Shown: positions 23,701-38,700, counted from the stretch's first letter. The stretch is 64,000 bases of DNA from Raillietiella orientalis (GCA_036172245.1 JAYWIR010000042.1:496001-560000), one strand, 5' to 3'. Translations and numbers: made by a program. The notes: a model not told the origin generated them from the letters alone.

Positions 23701-26700
23701 TTTGTCCCGGACTTTCCCTTGGATGTTCCTTTCAAGGTCCTTTCCTGTCTTTGTGGCGGTTGCTGTCTGTTCCATCCCGGAAGTGATGGAATCAACGAAG
23801 GAAACTTTGCGGATTCCTCCTTACCTCCTCCCGACAACTGCGTATTTGGATTCTTGAGAATGAACTTGCTCTAGGCTGGAAGGAGTTCCTTCTTCCTCCA
23901 GCAACTCTGAGCGGTTTGTCAGGCTCATTGGTGCTCACCCGCAGGATGGTGCTTTCGTTTCCCATCCCTGACGGCCCGATTCTGGTTCAAGAGCCGCCGT
24001 TTCCTTCTCGCCCTGGACTTGACCTTCCTCAACTCGTTTCGCTCCTAGGAACCGAATTCTCCTGCGAAGCTTCCCCCGGAAGGAAGCACCTGATCCCGGT
24101 CATGTTCCGAATCTCCCTGTTTTGCTCTCTGGTTCCCCCGACTGCAGCACCTTCGCTTACCACAGCAGTCCGTAGCTACAAGTCCCTTCCCGTGAATCTA
24201 AGATGGTGGTTCCTGCATTCCTCGGAAAATCTGTTTTCTCACTGCTCGTATGGAAAGAAGAGAAAGAAAGAATTCGGATTATGTGGCTCCATGGAAACTT
24301 TACACATCCTGGCATATCGGAGCGGAACTCGGTCCTGGCCTTGCATGTCGACTGGACACGTAGAAGACACGTCTTTGCGCTTTGCGAGTGCACGGTGTCA
24401 TCGGCTGTGCAGATCATCATCCTCCGTACAGGAAGCTCTGGCTGTCTGCAGCATCCGGAGGAGGATTCTCGTATGGAAAAAAGAGTTTCTTGTGAGCTGT
24501 CAAGTTTCCGAGTTTTCCTACTCAAGAAACCCTACTCCACCCTAAGAAAGGCATCGGAGCGCTCCACCAACGCCGTGTAGGAGGTTCACAAGGCTCTCCC
24601 CTTCTGCTGTATCCTCCGATTCTCCCGCCCAAGGTACGCGTGAATCTGCGGAAGGTCTGCTTCCCCATCTCCAGCTAGTTAGCGGGGATACGCAAGCGCC
24701 TTCGCGTCAATGCACGGCCGATGCCTAGGGCCATCTCAGCGTCATCTTGCGGGAGAACTCGAAACCCACGGTTGTGCGGATTCTTCCATTAGAAAGCATT
24801 TGCATCCGCCACTCCCGGGTGCCCAGCGCGGTGGCTCCAGCTCGGGCGGCCCTCGGAGTCGAGACTGAGCTCCGAGCACGTGGCGACCGCGACCTCTCCG
24901 CCACGTGACTCACTGGACGTGGGGGTTCCATGTAGTCCTCCGCCATCGCCGATGAAAAGAACGTGCTCTTGCCTCCCTTGACTCCCCCGCCCTTCCATCC
25001 ATCACCTCTAGAACGCCGAGGATTTCCCGTGGTTCTTCTGCACGATTCAGAATTTCGAAGAGCACGCTCCATAATGTCGCGACCTCGCGTCGCTCCACAC
25101 TCTCAGCTCAGCGACTCGATGGGCAAGGAGCACGGCGAAGACAATTCTCGCGCCCGCATCCCTTCTCTGCTCTTAGTGCCCATGCTCTCAGGTCAGTCCA
25201 GGGCGAGACTTTACTGCGTCTACGAGCCAGGACGGGCTGCTCTCACCTGAAACCCGAGCCGGTCCCGCGTCGTGTCTTCCCGGGTGAAGAAGCATGCCGG
25301 GGAGCAGGCGAACATTCGCCCCCAGGCTCATCAAAGGGTCTGTTTAAAAATAGCGCGCCAAGCTTTAGATTCCTTGGGTACATCATCAGGCGATCCCTCC
25401 GGTTTCGGTTCTTCGAAAAAAGTATCCTGGGCGATGGGAGTGGGCGGGATAAAGCGGCACCCGATCCTCTCTGATTGCACGATTACGGAAAATCCTCAAA
25501 TCTATTCCCCCGCTATTTTTCGTGCACCGGAAATCCTCCCCTTCGGAATCCGCGTCTTCTTCCTCCTTCTTACCGTTTCTCATTCTGGTTGGTTTCCTTC
25601 TCTCTCTCTCTCTCTTTCTCAATGACCCATTCGATCTTGTTTGAGCTTTTCGCCCGACGGATCCTCAGCTTTCCGTTTGATGCCTGCCTACTGCCACGAC
25701 ATGGGTTAGGGTTTCCTGGACGCCGACTGCGACTCCCCTACACGGGAGGAAGCGATGAGACTCAGTTTGAGCTAGTCAGCTTCCGATTCAAAACATCCAT
25801 CAGTCCTTCCTCTTCCTCTACTGCACAACTGCAAAAGATGCGTTCGTTTCCTCTCCGTTCCGCATCCACATAATGTAATCAATCAAGTAAAGAAGCGGTC
25901 GTAACCATGGATTCTTTCTTCCTCTCCGGTTTGCCTCCTGACGAGTCGTCATGAAGGATGCACTAGGAACCTGAACTTTCGCAGTGGTCGGAAGTTCCAA
26001 GATCCGACCCGGTCACCAGCTCCAGATGGCGCTCCACCCTAGAGATTATCCGCCTTCTCCGCCTGTCAGGATGATAGAAATCATCGTTTGGATACTTCCA
26101 TCTTTGCTGCTTCCCTTCCAGCTTTTTTCTTTTTCGGTGTTCTTTCTTTCTTTTTGTTTGGTTTTCAAGGGTTCTCAAGGGGTGCCGAACAACCGTTTGT
26201 CTTCTTGAGGAGAGGTCACGAAGACCTTTAACGCTTCGCCAGGCCGCCCGGGAGTGCATCCTAACTCTTCAATTTATAGGGGTACTGCGGAAGGGGGTCA
26301 CCCATTAATCCAGAATGGCTCCGGAGGAGGCAGTCCGTTCCTATTACGCTTGGTAGAGAACCCTCTTCCTCCTGGTTGTCTCCAGAGGGAACCTCGAAAA
26401 GAACCTCTTCCTTATTCTCTCCGGAGGGACCCACCGTAATCGGGTCACTTTTCGTTTCTTCTTCGAAAGCAACCGGGAAAGGGTCCTCTCCTGAACTTCT
26501 CCAGAAGCAACCCACAAGGGAACTGCTCCTTGTTACTTTTCTGGAGGGAACACCGAAGGGGCAGCGCACTTCTTGACATTCTGGAGAGGTATTGATCCTC
26601 CAGCTGGTCCATAGTACGAGAGGTACGGCTCCTCTCGACTACTGGAAGGGGAATTCTAATGAGAAACCACTCCTTGATTCCCGGAAGGACCCCGGAGGGT

Positions 26701-29700
26701 CCACTTCCAATCCTAGTCGGTCTACAGGGGCATCCGGTTTCCGCTAGTGCCGCCTCCGAAGTCCGTGGGCCAGCCAGTGCCATCCTGAGGGGGGACACAG
26801 AAACCACGACATCTACTCACCCCATTTTTCGTCGTGGATTCTTCATGAGGGGTCCGAAGTGGCGACTCCCGGTGCCGCTCTCGAAGACCTCAGCCACGTA
26901 GACTACGACGCGGCCACTCTAGAGGAATCTCAGAATCCAAAGAATCCATTGCGAACGGCCCCGTATTCTTGGGGCCTCGGATGAGCTCGAGGGAGATCAC
27001 AGGAAGATTCTTTCCTTTTTAAGGGTGCACATCTGGGGTTTCAGCAGAATCACAAGGGTTTTCGACCGTTGCGTGAATCTCTAAGCCAGCGTAGCCCGAA
27101 GGTCGTTCTGTCCAGTAACGTTGGTGCCATATCCGCTCATTGGCCATCTCGGTGTTGCGAATTTCAGTTCTGCAGCCAGCAGCCTCAAATTATGAGTTGT
27201 GAACCAGCTGCTAAAACCAGTAACCTTGGTACTGCCACTGGCATCAGTCTTATCATTTGTGGCGTTGCTTGTGCTGCTCAGGCATCGAGGGTCCCATAGT
27301 CAGCACACAACCTATGTGAACTGAGCACCAAGGCAGTTGCTGCTGCAGTTGAGTCCGAACTTCCAATCGCGGTTCCGCTTCTTAGGGATCTCCACGTGCT
27401 TTAGAGTGAAGAAGGACCTTGAGATCCTGTTTCAGGAGGAGGGAAGCTAGAAGTGAGGGAACCCACAAGTCAACGGAACCCTCAGAAGAAGCATGCGGTT
27501 GACGTCCGAAATAGACTCTTCAAACCCAGGTCCTTCGTTCGTCGCACATCGAGGAGGGCGCCCTTTTTCGGACGTGGGTTTTCCGAACACCGCAACCGCG
27601 GCCCCCTTCCGACTTTCTTTGCTCAAGGGTCCCGCCAAGAATGCAGCCGGGTTGCTTGGAGCACTCGTGACGGCAGTCTCAGATAGCGCCCACGATCATC
27701 TTGCTCCAGGCAGGTGGAGATCTCTCGAGATAACTTGTCTCCCGCGTGGACTGCAGTCAGTCGGGGCGATCTCTCGCGATTCCTCCTTTGCCTCTTTCCG
27801 GACCACGCATCCGAAGCCAGCTCTCTCGTTCGGAACGAGACCGATCTTCCGCGATCGGGAAGGAGTGGTGGGGAGACACTTCTTGATCTTTCACCCTCCC
27901 CTTCCCGTGTCCACAGAACCCTGTGAGACAGCAGCGCTCGAGTTCCCCCCTTTCTCCTCCCTTTCTGCTGCCACTCTCGCTCTCCTTCTGCGTTTGCGTC
28001 CGTTTGCACTCCAGCTCGGTATCTCCCTTCAGGAACGCTTTTTCCCCAATGGTCAGTGACGGGAGAGAAGCGAGCCGGAGCTCCTCGTTTTCTTCTCATA
28101 AGAAATTGCAAGAGGAAGATTCGGAAAGATCCTGCGATAGCCTCCCAGGAGGCTGAGAAAAGGGATCCGTCGAGATCTTTTTCGAAAGCCTTCCTCGCGC
28201 TCATCCGAAGAACTCCCTCTTATGTATGGCTGAAAACTGCGAAGTCGAGAACGGAAAGAACAAAGCGGAAGGAGGTGTGAGGGTCCCCGAAATGCGCCTT
28301 CCTTTTCTTTCTCCAGCCGCCAGCGAGGTGCCCCGAAGGCCTGCGAGCATCCAGGATGGAGAGCAAGGAATCGGAAACCCTGTATTGAACCGGGAATCCT
28401 TTTCCTTTGCTTTCTTCCGTCTCCGTTATCTCCTTCAAGAAGCCTCCTCTTTGACGCGGGACGAAACACATCTTGAGGAGAGGTGTGGCCGGTCGTGCCT
28501 GGAAAGACCCGACCACAGTCACCATCGAGAGCACTTCCTGGTAGTCCTGTGCCGGGTTTCGTTACGAAGAACAAGGAAAGAGAAGAAGGACGGCGGCTGA
28601 CTGTTCGAGAGCACCGTGACGTCACCCCGTCCTAGAAGTTTCCGAAGGGAACGCGTCTCCTGCTTCTCCCGGAATTCTCCTCCACTCGTACCACCTGGAT
28701 TCGGTTTCTTACGTGCACAAGAGCTTCGACAGTCAGAGAACATTCAAGGAAGGCCTCATCTTCTGGGGTGCTTAAGAAGATGTGGCTTTTTTCCCGGGCC
28801 AGGGGACAAAACACACACTGAAGGAAGAGTCTCCTACGGAGTGGTCCCTGGAACGAAGATGCTGGTGCCACAGAGGAAAGTCCACTTTCCATCGGAGACT
28901 CTCTGCCGTATCCGCCCATCTCCATCCTCTCGTTTGCCAAAGAGGGATACTGCAAAAGGCCTCACAGCGCCGCGAGCAGTTTCGCTCCGAAGATAGATAA
29001 AAGTGCTCCATCTCTCGAGGGAGCATTTCTCGAGGCGGGGACAGGGAGGAGCAGTGCCTTGTGGACTCATACTGCATAGGTAAGTGTTTAGGAAATAGTC
29101 ACGATCCTGTCGCCCAACCGCAAGAGAAGATTCCCTGACTTCTTGCGACCCTTTCACTCCTACTCCTTCCCCCGTCTCCTCTTCCTCCCTCAAGGCGACC
29201 AGTTCACAGAGCTTTCCGCAAGAGTTCCAGAGGTGAACTCGAAAGTGGAATCGGGAATAGGGAGCTGCTTCCGCTTCTCCGGTGCCGCTGGACGGGTTGG
29301 GGGGAGCCTCAATCTCTTTCTCCTCACTGCTTGCTCCCCTAAGACAGCATGGATGCGAAGCGGAAACTCGAGACAGTCGGGGAGTAGATCCAGCGAGCAT
29401 TTCTCTTTCTACTAACTCCCTGCCCTCTGCAAAGGGTCAAACCGTGAGGCGACCTTGAACAATCATGAGCGAAAAGTTGACATAGCGAAAATCAGACGTG
29501 AAAAGTTGAGACAGCGAAAATCTCTTGGAATTCATCAGAGCAAGGATGAAAGGAGAGTTCTGCATGCCGACAGATCTCGCGCTTTCGCTTAAGAGACTCG
29601 TCCTCTTCCTCTTCCTCCTTATCTGAACTCTCCTTTCGCTGTGTTTTTTTTTAAGCATCCTCTGGACGGGAAAAGGAGTGCAGAGCCGAGTCCCAGCTAC

Positions 29701-32700
29701 GCATGGCCGTTCTGCCAGAGAGCTCTCTCGTGGCTTAGTTCAAAGAGCTTTGCTGATTTCTCCTTGTAGCTCCAGAACGGTAAAACTGACCGAAGGGCAG
29801 TCCATGAGAACGAGAACGAGAGAGGGAATGCTGACTAAAGAGAAAGCGGAAATGAAAGAATGTCGGCTCCGCGTATTCCTCAAGATGAACTCGAACCGGC
29901 CAGTTAGTAGATTGAAAACTGAACCCTCTCCTTGAGGTGGAAGGTGACAGGCCCAGAGGCTTCCGATTCTTGGGGAGGGAGGCTGAGGGTTGAGAGGGGT
30001 TGAGCAGCCTCAGAACAGTTCCAATTCATCTCAGTGTCAGGTTACCACTGAATCTCCACCGGCGGCTGAAGAGGAGCGACCACAACGCATCCCTGCGTCC
30101 GTTCGAGAGCTGCATGACAAATCAGTGATGCCCGAATGGAGTGGCGAAGACCCCAAGTCATTGCAAAGTTCAACAAGAGAAGTCCACCCTTGTCTTTACT
30201 GCAAACGGGGTGAATGCAGGGAAGAACAACGGAAGGGATGGAGAGCAAGTGATGTAGGATAAGTTGCTCCGTACGTGGTTCCATGCGTGCGGCTAGGACG
30301 GCCACTGGAAGCTGAGCAGCACAAGAATGGTCTCTTTCCAGAATGAACGCTCCGAGGGGAAAAGCTATCATCTCAGGAGTTCCGTTGTTCACCCTCTCAT
30401 TGCTTCAAAGAAAGGAAAATCAAGGGAAACAGGAATCAATGACCTCTTTTTCAGTATATTCGAATTCTTCGTGGAATACTGTGATCATCAAAGCAACTAC
30501 ATCCCCGTGTCTTTCGTGCTTGGGTTCTACGTCACAATAATCATGAATCGTTGGTGGAATCAGTTTCTTCTTATACCCTGGCCGGACAGCTTAGCGATCA
30601 ATGTCACTACCTTGATTGAAGGACAGGTCAGCATGGGTTCCTCTCCACCGCAAGCCTACTTGCAAGAGTCTTCCTGTAATGAAGATGACTTTCCGTTTTT
30701 TCCTAGGGTGAGCGCTGCCGTCTCATGAGAAGAACCATCATGCGCTACGTTCACATTGCCTTCATCCTGTCGTTCGGACAAGTGAGCACCATAATGAAGA
30801 AGCGTTTCCCAACCTTGCAGGAAGTCGTAGAAGCTGGTAAACACTGGAACTCATTCCTTTTTCCCGCCATCTCTGCTTCCTAACGTGACAGGGACACCCA
30901 TCTTCCCCACATTCCTGTCTGAATTCTTCCTAGAGCGATATGCGTTTGCAAAACATCGTACTTTGTGTAATGTATGGTAACGTTCCTGTAAAACATCTCA
31001 TTCGAGAAAGATAACTCTGATAAATTAAATTATTTGAGAAAGTAACAGTCGTAGTCTCCGTATAAATTATGGCTCCATTTAATTACAGATTCGTGAAATG
31101 TATAGACTTAACGATGAGTGAATAAATTTACATGATCAGGCGAGCCTCTTTCTCGAGCAGCAAGGTCACTGATAATCGGAAAAAGCCATCAGCTCCACAG
31201 CTCGCACTATGCACTTCGCCATAAAAAGTGGCTAACTGTGAGACTCAGTGCTTTGCCCGCCATCTCATCTGAAAGTTGGGTGCTTCACCAATAGGAGGTG
31301 ATGATGTTTATTTCTTTTCCCGTCATCGTAGCTGCAGCTTTCGGTGGCTTTCCACTTGTCTTTCTATAAATGCTGTTCTTGGCTCTGTTCTGACTGCACC
31401 CGAGCAGATGCGAAAGATAACAAGAGGCCAAGATAACAAATCTTCCTTCCAATGGCTTGGATGTTTTCGTTGTCTTCACGCTTTTCGCACATCATCACAA
31501 CTTTTAGCTATCTTCTGAGCTCTCTGGGAATAATTTGCAGTTATTCCCCTGCTTTCGGGATTGCCACGTCTCCGAGACTCATGAGGTCGAAAGTCAGACT
31601 TGGAAAATCCGCCACTTGGAAAATTTCTTTGGGTATTCTGCCACGAGCAATCCGATAAACCCTGACGGTACTCACGTAGTCACTTTCAACTGAAAACGGA
31701 CGAACGGTCAGGACTCGAAATCAGGAAAAAAGTCGATTTTGAGTCGCAAAGAGTTGTCATCTATAAAGAATCGTTTTCCTTGCAAGAAAATGCAGTTCCG
31801 AATTCGGTGGCTGCGCCTTTTAAAACATGCGTTTATTCAGGGAGTTTTCTTTCAAGGGATCCTTACTGAAGAGGAAAGAGTGATCATAGAAGAGATGACC
31901 AGCAAAGCCAAGGGCACACCCTTCTGGATGCCACTGGTATGGGCTTGCACCATCGTCCGAAGAGCGTACAAAGAGCGCCGCATCAAAAGCCCTGTGCACG
32001 TACAAGCGCTCATAGACAGAATAAACGAGTTTCGGATAGGTTGCGGAAGGACCCTCGATTACAACTGGGTCAACGTCCCTCTGATATATACCCAGGTGAG
32101 TTTGCTTAAGACTTGTTCCGCTCCAGCATGATTTTGCGAGCTTGCGAGTCAATGCCGGTGTCCATCTCGGCTTAATTCCGGATGGGAGGAAGAGATCAGC
32201 TGAAACTACCTTATAAGTTTGGCTGTGGCTCGCATTCCCTAGATCTAAGAGTTCGGACCATTCTCTGATAGTGGTTCTTGAAACTTGAAGCTAAGGGCTG
32301 GCGGTAATAAGCCTGTTTTTCTTATGCTTTCGATTACGATCTGGGGATCGAGGCTTTGGCTGCAAGATTTCCGGGAAAGCACGCATAACTGCTATTTCAT
32401 TTTTGTGTGCTTCTTAAAATAATGGAACACACAGGGAGGTAGAAGGGAGTAAATTCGGGAACGGCGAGTGAGCAGCAGCCGAAGCAGTAATGGCAAACAA
32501 AGCGCGTCTCTCTGCTTGTTTGTGCTGTCTGTGGCCAATGGGGAACAAGGAAGAATCCAGATGGATCGGTGGAAATTGTGGCTGGACAGGTGGGGACAGG
32601 ACAAGACAATATGGCTGCCGAGAATTGAACTCGGAAGCATCCCGGTTGCGTAGGTGTTAGAACGCAACAAGAGATTCCACATTAGAAATTGACTTATTCC

Positions 32701-35700
32701 TGTGGTAGAAATCCCCATCGCAAATGGATCGTGGCTGCGAAAACGAGACTTTGCTTTCGCGAAACTCACCCTCACCCCCCATTGGGGGGAAGAACACCTA
32801 CCGCTACGGCAGCATAAAAATCAAATGTGGAAGAAACCTCTTTGTCTATGCAACCGATGACTGCATTCACAGAGAAGCGTGTTGTACAATAGTGGATAGA
32901 ATGCTCGTGGAACATACACGTATTTGGGAACGTTTTCGAAATTTCCGCCATCTCCAGGGAATGAAATTGGTCCTCTGCGGTCCCCAAAATGGCGAACGCC
33001 ATTTTCAAACATGTGGTGGGTTCCATAGTTTGTTGTGCGACTCTGCTGATCTCCTTTCACATCTGGTGACTTGCTGCCTCCGAATGCTTCATGTTGCACC
33101 ATGCAGCTCGAAGGCAGTTTTTCCTGCTGAGAATGCTCTTACATTTTAACATGGAGATGCCGCTGGCTGTGCGCGATGTGTTTCTCGAAGAATTTGATTT
33201 GAGATCTTGGGAGCAATCTAAGGATTGCTCGTTCTGTATGTTAAACCTGGGGCATGGGAACTGAATCCGAATAGGAAGCAAATGAGCAAACTTAATGATG
33301 AAAATAGATCAGATGAAAGAAAAAAAAAAAAAAAAAACGCTCATTCCGTTCCTTAGAGCGCATCTTGGGAGACCTCACGGTGCCTCCTCTTATCCCTGGT
33401 GAAGCGCCCGTCTCACTTCAAGAACCCACTCAAAGAGCTCGAACAGGAGAATGTTTGCTTTCCTTCGGGAAGCGGACGATCTTGGGACAAGAGGGTGGAG
33501 CGAATCCAAGGTGGTTGGGCGTCGGTCTCGGTCTCATGATTGCCAAGTCCTTCGTGTACCTGGAGACGAGCGAATCGTCTATTCCACTCGAGAGCTCGTT
33601 TGTTCTTCCAGCGGAGGGGGCCCTGAATCCATGCTTTCTTACGAGGGTTTTATGATTTTTGAGAGAAAGAAGTGAGATCGCGATAGATGAAAGAATTCCT
33701 GGAGGACGGGGCTTCTGGCCGCATGCATCGGCTCACGAATGCCTCTCCAAAGTGCCTCTCTTACTTAAGTAGCCTTTCTGTCCTTTGCCAGGGCGCTTCA
33801 ATTTTCCACGCGCCTGCGGCCGACGGAGCAGGCGGCTGGCGGAACACTCCGCCGCAGTGGTTTTGCACTTTCAGGAATTCCGCGGTTGACGAGACGCACA
33901 GACTCTTTGGCGAGATCATGAGACTCCTTTGCGGAGAAACCCTTACGTTGCGTGTTCGAGAGAACGATGTTCCTGTGGAAGATTATTCCACTGATTGGGA
34001 CGGTTTGCTTCCGTACGCTTCTTGCGCTTGTCGTATTGCACGCGAGAAGCGACCGATTCTCGATGGATTCCAAGCACTGCTTTTGCTCTCCGTCAAGCTC
34101 TCCTCTGATGCGAACTGGCGAGGAATCGCAGATGCCTCCCGGCGATCTCTTTGTGTGAGAATGTAAGGGACTTTCAGCATTCTTCTCTTGCGAGTCTCGC
34201 TGGCCACGGGTGGGCCCTTCATGCAGCTTTGATGGTTGCACATCCTAGTGCCTGGTTCCGAATCCTTGTGACGTTTCAACCTGAGCTATCATCCCGAGCG
34301 GCCGGAAAAACTTCATCCATCTTCACTCCGGATTCATTGCTATGCTACGGGAAAAATCCATACTTTTGGCAATGCTCATGGGTGCCCTAATGAAACATAA
34401 AGCAAAGTCTGTTCTGCCTGCGAGAAGGATAGCTTGCAAAAGGATGGAAAATGGATGGAAACCAAGCCTCAGGGGCGAGGGGAGGGGAAGGGGAGGAAAG
34501 ACGCATGCGTGTCTTTCTGATTCGTCTCTTTACTCCAGTTGCCGAGAACGAAAAGGTTTTCTCCTGATGGATTCATTCTGCCTCGTACATAGGGAGCATG
34601 AGCTCAAGCAAAGAAGGACACTTGGGTACACCGTCACGGATACCGAACCTCTACTATGCTTCCTCTCCTAGCAGGTGTTTTCTTATTTGTGGTTCTTTCT
34701 TAAAACAAACGTCATCGCAAACGCCTGATGCTTCCTTTTTCACATTTGGAGAAACGCTTGGGTTCCTGAGGCGCTGATGCTGGAATTCCTTTCTCGAGCG
34801 TGAAGACCCCTTCGTTTGATAGCCGGACTATTCTCATACCAAGAGAAGGAAAAACCCCTTTTCCTTCCTGGACGTTCGTAATTGGAGGTTACCACTGTCC
34901 TCGATCTTTAGGCTACTTTTCCTCTGGAATGGTGATCCTGGACTTTTGTTCCTTGGGGGAATGCTCCCTCTGCAAGTCGTTTCGAAAGCCTCCTAGTTCA
35001 TAATCTCTCCTCTCCGAGCTCCGAACACACCCCTCTGCTGCCTTTTTGTCACCCCTGGTTCTCCCCGAGGGTGAATGCTCCAAAAGTGGACACGTGACAT
35101 TTTCCAAAGTTGATATACAGTATTGCTCCTGAATGAGATACGAAGGTCGTCTTTAGAAGTGGACGTCGACTCTAGCATTCCCCAAGAGCAGATCCTCTTC
35201 ACCAAAGCGCACAAGCTCCTAGAAAGGAAAGGAATGGAACGAGCTACTTTTCTCCACTTCCTACCCGTTGCAGCATCCACAGAAGAGTTCGCACACCTCT
35301 AGAGAAGAAGGCTGCCTCTTGAAAGTCTTGGAAAGTTCGAATGAGGTGCGCTCTCGCATGCCTCTCCGTAACGGGAAATCTTGACGAGCCGAGAGAAAGA
35401 ATGGGAAAATTTTCAGAGTCAACGCGCACACCAGGCTGGTCACACTTGCCCTGAGAACGAGCGAGATACAGAGTTGATTTCAAACTTGCAGCAGGCGAAT
35501 TGGGAGAGAGAGGAAGCTGCTCCTTCCAAGTTCGTACCTTTCTCCGTTCAGGAAAAGGTTTCCCTGGAAGAACGGGACTCTTCCACACTTCCCTCACGCC
35601 AGAGGGACGAATCCGGGAAAAGAAAAGGCGGGTTAACGAGCACGCTTTGATCATTCCGTCTCCCACTGCTGGAGTCTCAGGAGAGGATGCGTGCTGCCAA

Positions 35701-38700
35701 TTCTGGTAGACCGAGCAGCTTGAAGATGGAGCTGCCACTTTTGTTCCTCCCGGATTTGCTTGTTTCCGCACAAGCACCTACTCTGCAGGGATTTCTTCCG
35801 GACCAATTTGGAACTGCATGGCGGATTCCCCTTTTTTGATTCCTCACCGTTCCCAGAACACAGACTGAAAGAAATGCTCAGTGTAAGGAGAGAAAGTGAC
35901 CGCGAAATGTTCACGAATGAGATCGTCGTCTCGGACAAAAAAGGAAATCCTTCAAATTTCGACCTCCTCTTTTGCTCGCGTGCTCTGCCTGCTTTGAACG
36001 TGCGGAAGCGCCTTCTCCTTTGTGCAGTGCCTGAAAGGTTCTGGCAATACTTAACGAACCCTTTCGAATCCCGAATAGATTTTGATGAGGTTTGGAACAA
36101 ACACATCTGAGGTACATATGGGAATGTCTTGAGTGTAGCAAACCTTGGATGCTATTAGGTTGAGGGTGTGCATGCAGCACACCTTCGACTAGTGCATGAT
36201 CTCGGCGAAGAGGAAACAAAGACATCGGAGGCAATTCGCTCCAGTAATTCGCTTTCAACGGTCATGATTCTGCCAGAACTTTCCTCCATCTAACTAGTAA
36301 GCCTGAGCATGCTTTGATGCCAGTTGAAGTAGGCAAACCGTCGTCTAGACTGGTGGAAATATGCAACCAGTGGGAACGGGGGCTAGTGGACCCAGCAGGC
36401 ATTCCCCGTCACATTTCATGTTTCTCGCTCCGCAGTGTTCTTGCGGAGCCCGAAACTCAATTTTCCAGATACCTCTTGACAGCTAAGTCGGCTTCCGCTC
36501 AGCTGGGTCTTCAGCCGCAGACATTCGGGGGCAAAATTAGCTGGTACAACATCATCTTCCTGTGCAGATGGTCAAGTTGGAAACACAGACACACAAAAAA
36601 AGATTTGTCACGTACCTGAGTTTCGAGACATTCAGGATGGATTCGCTGGACGCAACGTCTGGTACAGCTTGCTATCCGCACGGATCAAGAGAGAATCAAC
36701 TTCGGTGGCTCTGAACTCCGCTTAGGTAATGGCAACAGATATACCAGAAGTCACTTGATTTTCTCTTGTACCTCTGAGAGATTCAGCTAGAGAGCTGAGA
36801 GCAGCTGTCGACTATCGTTTTCTCCGTTTTCCTCTTGAGATGAGATCGGATGGTCAGAAGATGGAGGGATCCATTAGCATGCTATTCTTCTTCTCAAGCT
36901 TGTTTGTCAACGCGTACCGTCTCCTTGATTTCAGTTGCCATTGCTACTTCCGCTGATACGTTGGCAAACTTCTTGGCTTCATCCATCCATCTTCTGACTT
37001 GTGGACGTTTTCCTGGAGACACGGGCGTGCGTGTATCTTGAGTTTAGGGAAAACAACAAACTCTTTTTGTAAACAGGGAAGGTAAACACAGTAAAGAGAG
37101 ACAAAACCGCGAACATCAAGAAGCTGTGAGCCTCTGAGAAACCGTCTCAAATTTAAAAGAAGTGATCGAAGATTCTCGAAAAAGACAGGACATGAATTCA
37201 ATCTCTGAAGATGATGCTCGAACTCTTTCAAAATTCGGAAAATTCCCACCTTGAGAAGTACCGGCATGGAACCAAAAGTGGAACACACACTGAAAGGGGT
37301 GTAGTAAATATTTTCCTCAGTGACCATCATCTACTTTGTTTTCCACCTCCAAATCGGAAGGTTCCAGGCACTGTTAGACTTGAGTCTGCGGGATCTACTT
37401 GCTACGACTTCTTGACTCGTAAAACATGAGCTTTCGCGACCTTTTTTTTTTTGTGAGCACTGCCCTCCGTGAGACTCGTGAGGAAAACCAGCATTTTTTG
37501 TCAGGAGCGTCCGATCGGAAAGCCAAAAAACAAAGGAGGGAAACGCGAAGAAGATTTATCTCCTGCCGAAGAGGAAATGACGAAAATCGTGGAAACGGAA
37601 CTTTTCGCATTCCCTTGCATCTTTTCATTCGGAACGCTGAACGAAAAAGCTCAAAGTTTCTGCAGTGCTCCCTTCCTTGATGGCTTGTGGAGCTTCAGGT
37701 GCTCTTCATCCGTGCCATCCTCTCCCGGGTACCACGATGTCCCTCGCCCAATGATCAGGAAGATATAGAAAATGGGGCGCAACTCCAGGAGCTGACCGCT
37801 CGGAAGGGTGAGCATTCCTGCTGGGAGGGGCCATCATTCCTGTATGAGCACTGTTCTTGGAAGAGGAAAACTACCTGGAACCAGCATTGGGATCCAATCG
37901 CTGCATCGCTCTTATGGAAGCTGGACTTTTCGGGGCTTTTCGACTTTGCTCCAAGAAGCCTCGGTGGCTTGATTTCATCCTTCCAGAATCTCCTTCCTCT
38001 TTTCTCTCAGCGCAATTTGGGATGGGTTGCCATTTCTCCCTGGATGAAGGGAAAACCTAACGTTTGAGAGTGGAAAAGCCATCAATTTCGCTTACGTTTG
38101 CCGAATTCCAGCTTATTAAAGTTACTTCGAGCGCTGTTATGGATTCCCCCTCGCCAGAGAAGTTCTCCTGTGGCCTTCTGCACCACGGGCATTCGATGAT
38201 GGGCATTTTCAGCTCTTCCGACGGAGCCTCGTTCGAGCCAATCAGCACGCATTAAATGCTCTTTCTGATTCCTCTTTCTTCACAAGGTCGAAAAGCGATT
38301 GCGTGTTTTTCACGAGTTTCCCGTTTTTCCGGTTTCTTTCAAACTTGAGGATGGCGAAAAGCTTCCCTTTGGATTGACTGGTAAGGGGTCGTGAAAGGGT
38401 TCAAGCACGGATCTCTTTGAACTATGGAATGGACAGTGGAGCTGCTCCGGCGGGAAGCAAACCCCACCGGGGAGAATACCGCGAAAACTTCATTTCTACG
38501 GCCTTCTCCATTAATCTGTTTGTCCGCCATGTTGTTTTACCGGTTGAAGCTTTTGCGTTTGGTTTCAGTGCTTGAAACTCCTCCTGCATGAATCGTGGAG
38601 ATTCTTTATGAGCTGAAATTTTTTTTTTTAGTACACATTAGGTACACGGGAAAAAAAAATCGTCTCCCCCCCCCCCCTTAACTGCTTTAGCGTCTATGCT

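Noticed and set aside
36944..37330. Minus-strand ORF starting EENIYYTPFSVCSTFGSM resembles a serpin N-terminus
   Set aside because: No further serpin motifs or splice structure follow, and the opposite strand fits an endonuclease SDH motif equally well.
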